Origin: Desulfurococcales archaeon
Lineage (GTDB): Archaea > Thermoproteota > Thermoprotei_A > Sulfolobales > NBVN01
Assembly (NCBI GenBank): GCA_027023255.1
Contig: JALVVU010000066.1
Span: forward strand, 1 to 49,279
Direction: 5' to 3'
Length of the DNA stretch: 49,279 bases
In this document: positions 45,839 through 49,279 of the stretch, piece after piece
How positions within the stretch are numbered: the first letter of the stretch is position 1
Layout of the letters: the number at the start of each line of letters is the position of its first letter
The notes under the pieces: model-generated
Told to the model about the DNA's origin: nothing
What the model saw: the letters and a program-made list of their open reading frames with translations, nothing else
The model's database searches: none
Translations under genes and position numbers: made by a program

Positions 45839-47110
45839 TTGAAGGAGGTTTGGAAGAGCAGGATGAGTAGATGGCCTAGTAAAGATGAGGATTTACATAA
45901 AAGATTACACCTAAAACACGAACCTGTAAGGTATGAACCCATAACCGTCACTGACGCCCTACATGCGCTGAACCTTTACCTGAAAACCATAATTGAGCTT
46001 GGTACGTACTCCTATCTTTCGGGAGAGGAAACCGTAGCTAGACACATTATCGAACTCGAGAATACCATCGACAACACTGCCTACCAGTTACTCATCCATG
46101 CCTCACTAACTGTGGGTCACAACATAAGCAAAGCTATGGGCTCGCTCCCCCTTTACATTTACGTCTTAGGAGTAGACAAGATAACGGATGCCTTCAAGGA
46201 CCTAGCGTTCTTAACGTTAATGGGTTACAGACCAAGTAACGAACTCTACCGGTACTACGTTTTCTTAAGCGACGTGATCAGAGCTAAGGTACCCGGGAAT
46301 AAGTTGGCAGGCAAGACGATGGGCTGGATCCAAGAAGAATACGCTGTCGAGCCAATAGCCATACTAAGGAAGTCGGCGTGGATCCTAATCCCTGATGAGA
46401 ATGAGGTCGTGCGTCCAGGCGACGTGGTTTACTTCTCAGGTGTGAAGGAGAACGTGAATGACCTACTGAAGTCTATAGGGTTAGAAGAAATAACAGGTAT
46501 GGAGCCACCGCCAGGAATAGAGACAATTATGGGTCACATAGACTCCATGATAGATATAATAAACCTGCTCAATGACTTAGCCCACTATCAACTCAAAGCA
46601 CAGGATCCTGAAATGATTGAAGAAGTCATGGAGATAGAAATATTCTTCGACAAGCTAAGGCTGAAGGTCTCGGAAATGATCATGGACTCCAACAACCTCG
46701 ACTCCAAGGACAAGTTCTCACTCCTTACGCTAGTGACTAGGCTTGAGGACGTTACGGACGCGTTCGCATACGCGTTAACGCTTCCTGCGAAGGACGAGTA
46801 CAAGGAAGTGCTTTCACGTATGGTTGAGGGATCAGGTGAAAAAGTTCGGCTATTCTACGTTGCATCAAAAGTGAACATAGCCAAGCTAGCCGACGAGCTT
46901 GAGGAACTAGGAGCGACTGTCTTGGCCGTTAAGAAGCAGGGTGACTGGATAGCTATCACACCATACAATATCGGCAAGCTCGTCGCTGAACCGGGAGACG
47001 CGCTCCTAATAATGTACCCAATAGTGCTAGAGGAGGATCTAATGGATTTCATGAAAAGGTATAGTACCGAGTCAGAAGAGGTTGGCGGCGAAGAGGAGGA
47101 AGAGGAGTAG
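45839..47110 (+). CDS. PhoU-like plus TrkA_C (RCK-C) domain protein
   Basis: ELG.YS..., LEN.ID, DKITDA helical repeat; IAILR...W..IP....V..PGD TrkA_C motif; pattern occurs twice; acidic tail. Confidence 0.75.
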   Translation: MKEVWKSRMSRWPSKDEDLHKRLHLKHEPVRYEPITVTDALHALNLYLKTIIELGTYSYLSGEETVARHIIELENTIDNTAYQLLIHASLTVGHNISKAMGSLPLYIYVLGVDKITDAFKDLAFLTLMGYRPSNELYRYYVFLSDVIRAKVPGNKLAGKTMGWIQEEYAVEPIAILRKSAWILIPDENEVVRPGDVVYFSGVKENVNDLLKSIGLEEITGMEPPPGIETIMGHIDSMIDIINLLNDLAHYQLKAQDPEMIEEVMEIEIFFDKLRLKVSEMIMDSNNLDSKDKFSLLTLVTRLEDVTDAFAYALTLPAKDEYKEVLSRMVEGSGEKVRLFYVASKVNIAKLADELEELGATVLAVKKQGDWIAITPYNIGKLVAEPGDALLIMYPIVLEEDLMDFMKRYSTESEEVGGEEEEEE

Positions 47111-47113
47111 AGA

Positions 47114-47971
47114 TTACCTCGGTAGCAACATCTTAGTAGCTGCACCCAGGAAGGTCACTAGCTCCACGAACCTAAGCACATCGACAGCGTCCTTAGCCTT
47201 GAACCTAATGGTGAACGCGTCGACACGTTCAGCGCCTGGGATAAGACTCGCGAGCTCAGCCACAATCTCCCTCTTAACCTCAACCATCACTTCCGCACCG
47301 TTAGCGAGTTTAAGTGGACGTGCCTTACCGGATTTTAGGACGTTCCACGCCTCCTTCACACCCTCCTTAAGTTTCTGCACTATCTCATGTAGCGGCGGAT
47401 TAAGGGAGGCTGACCACGCCACACCCTTCTTTAGCGGAATGAACACTGCCCACGGCGTGTGCTTTTTCACGTGCTCCCTTAACGCCTCGTCGCCAGCAAC
47501 CATCACTACGGGCACACCGTACTTACCTGCGTACAAAGCATTAAGGTAGTACTCACTCGCCAGTTCCCCATTCACGTAGACCCTCTGAATAGTGGATGAA
47601 CTCATCGTGTGGCTGAGGTACGCTTCGCTTGAACCTGCTGGGGCATGGTAACCAATGAAGAGGACGGCATCGTACCTCTCCTTCTCTAAACCATGCACCA
47701 TCGAGAAAGGCCTTGGGAATCCCTGAAGGAGCCAAGCGCTAGTTTTGAGTTCCGTGTAGATAACGTTAGTCATGTATCCGTGACTATCAGCTATGACCAC
47801 ATGCTCGAATCCACAATTATAGAGTTCCTCAGCAACCGAATCCGCGATTAAAGTAATTAACTTTCTCGCATCCCCGTAGAGAGGTTGACCAGGGATTAGC
47901 TGCAGTAGGCCTGCAACGCCCGGAATGCCTTCAAGATCAACTGAAATGTATGCCTTCAACCCGGCACTCAA
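47114..47971 (-). CDS. dppA: D-aminopeptidase, M55 family (DppA-like)
   Basis: YISVDLEGI, ADSHG, FIGYH, LSHT, SEYYLNA, VAGD. Confidence 0.92.
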   Translation of the reverse strand: MSAGLKAYISVDLEGIPGVAGLLQLIPGQPLYGDARKLITLIADSVAEELYNCGFEHVVIADSHGYMTNVIYTELKTSAWLLQGFPRPFSMVHGLEKERYDAVLFIGYHAPAGSSEAYLSHTMSSSTIQRVYVNGELASEYYLNALYAGKYGVPVVMVAGDEALREHVKKHTPWAVFIPLKKGVAWSASLNPPLHEIVQKLKEGVKEAWNVLKSGKARPLKLANGAEVMVEVKREIVAELASLIPGAERVDAFTIRFKAKDAVDVLRFVELVTFLGAATKMLLPR

Positions 47972-48031
47972 GACTAACTCCTCCGAGAATATGCTGTGGC
48001 TAGGGAAAATAATTAACTACGTTGCGGATTG

Positions 48032-48544
48032 CTAGGACTTCCTGGTCTCGTACACGAGGTGCCTGACCTCAGGCAGAATTAATTCGTTAAGTGCCATCTT
48101 AACGGCGTCCTTGGAGCCCGGCGTAACGAAGATTAATGCAGAGTCAGTAACGCAGGCGAACGCACGAGTAGCTATTGCCGCCGTACCATGCCTTGTGAAC
48201 GTTAAGTATCTGAAGAGCTCTCCAAACCCAGGTAAGTCCTTAACGCATAATTCCTTCGCGACATCCACAGACAAGTCCCTCCGACTTATCCCCGTACCTC
48301 CTGTGACTATGACCACATCACATTCCTTTGCTGCCACAGTAATAGCTCTCCTTATCTCCTCACGCTTATTCGGAACGATGACAGCATTAACGAGTATGTG
48401 TCCAGCGTCAGTCACTAAGGAAGCCACGAGCGGCGTTACCTCATCTCGTCGCCGCCCCTCATAAACAGCGTCGCTGGTTACGACAGCGCAGAAGCGAACC
48501 ACTAAGCTTTCTGCGGCTTTCCTGTGCTCTTCAACAGGGCTCAA
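48032..48544 (-). CDS. moaB: Molybdenum cofactor biosynthesis protein MoaB/MogA
   Basis: VTSD, D, TGGTGISRRD, LPGFGELFR, TRA, PGS. Confidence 0.9.
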   Translation of the reverse strand: MSPVEEHRKAAESLVVRFCAVVTSDAVYEGRRRDEVTPLVASLVTDAGHILVNAVIVPNKREEIRRAITVAAKECDVVIVTGGTGISRRDLSVDVAKELCVKDLPGFGELFRYLTFTRHGTAAIATRAFACVTDSALIFVTPGSKDAVKMALNELILPEVRHLVYETRKS

Positions 48545-48909
48545 CTTCCTCCCCTCCTGCTACTCTCATACGCTTCAACAATGTCGTATCCCATTAACTC
48601 CTTGAACTTCCGGCGCCCTTCAGGCGTCATCCTAGTTGGATCCCAGGGAGGATCGAACACTACATCCACATTCACGTTCTTAACGCCTTCGACGCTTTGT
48701 GCCGCTAAGTAAACCTTGTAAGCTATCATGTTTGCAAGGGGGCAGCCAGGCGCTGTGAGCGTCATCTTAATATTCACGACCCCATCATCGGTGACGTTGA
48801 CATCGTAAATTAACCCTAGGTCCCACACATTGATCGGTATTTCCGGGTCGTAAACTTGCTTCAGAGCCTCTATGACCCTTTTCCGTATTTCCTCCTTGTT
48901 CACAGCCAA
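48541..48909 (-). CDS. DUF59/SufT-like Fe-S assembly protein
   Basis: VYDPEIPINVWDLGLIY, MTLTAPGCP, FDPPW...M. Confidence 0.92.
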   Translation of the reverse strand: MAVNKEEIRKRVIEALKQVYDPEIPINVWDLGLIYDVNVTDDGVVNIKMTLTAPGCPLANMIAYKVYLAAQSVEGVKNVNVDVVFDPPWDPTRMTPEGRRKFKELMGYDIVEAYESSRRGGS

Positions 48910-48982
48910 CCTTTAACGCACCTAAAGAACTTGGTCGAGCACCCTAATAAGGACAATGCGGTACCTCACACTAAGCTCCGTG

Positions 48983-49279
48983 CTAGGTCGTGGCGCTGTG
49001 TTTTTGCTGATTGCTGCCACCACCGAAGGCTTGACTTATGAAGGACTTAACACTGTACCCCAGAGCCGCTACCGACGCTATGAATAACGGGTACTCACCG
49101 ACAACGTAGTATATCCTCGACACTATACTCATTGTCGCCGCTTCCTGTACCCCAACACCTATGTAGCTTAAGAGGAGCATCTGGATGAACTCGAATATCC
49201 CGATACCTCCGGGCGTTATGGCTGGCAACAGCCAGATTATCGTGTATAGCGAGTCAAACGTTAGAAAAGCCTGCGGCAT
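48983..49279 (-). CDS. Lysylphosphatidylglycerol synthase TM/flippase-like protein (UPF0104), 5'-truncated
   Basis: LP.ITPGGIG.FE and SR...Y motifs in a hydrophobic C-terminal fragment; runs off the window end. Confidence 0.75.
   Translation of the reverse strand: MPQAFLTFDSLYTIIWLLPAITPGGIGIFEFIQMLLLSYIGVGVQEAATMSIVSRIYYVVGEYPLFIASVAALGYSVKSFISQAFGGGSNQQKHSATT

Overview
Gene-dense window (~46 CDS, short spacers, many GTG/TTG starts, GGAGG/GGTGA ribosome-binding sites, TATA-like boxes) from an archaeon. Gene content (archaeal-type RibC, Hel308, long PheS/PheT, IOR, ADP-forming ACS, NurA-HerA, C/D sRNA) points to a thermophilic, peptide-fermenting crenarchaeote; Desulfurococcales-like is an inference. 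Most genes are housekeeping or peptide-catabolism genes: gdh, M29 and M55 peptidases, iorAB, two ACS-alpha paralogues, glmS, surE, moeA/moaB and pheST. No rRNA, tRNA, CRISPR array or transposase was seen. Highlights: (1) an AT-richer three-gene operon at 9902-13997 encoding a possible degenerate tubulin/FtsZ-fold protein, a polytopic membrane plus coiled-coil protein and a PH-like protein, a candidate membrane-remodelling or cytoskeletal system; (2) a LipS1/LipS2 plus split Lpl lipoate-assembly cluster in which lipS1 is the last gene of an ACS-alpha-iorA-iorB operon, suggesting a route to the acyl precursor; (3) a clear C/D box sRNA whose two guides match adjacent 16S rRNA sites, plus two more candidate ncRNAs; (4) a GlmS with an extra Ala before the catalytic Cys, a stand-alone NurA-HerA pair, a solo Cas4-like nuclease, a JAB-motif orphan and tandem Zn-ribbon membrane proteins. 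All assignments are by motif reading only; no searches were run.
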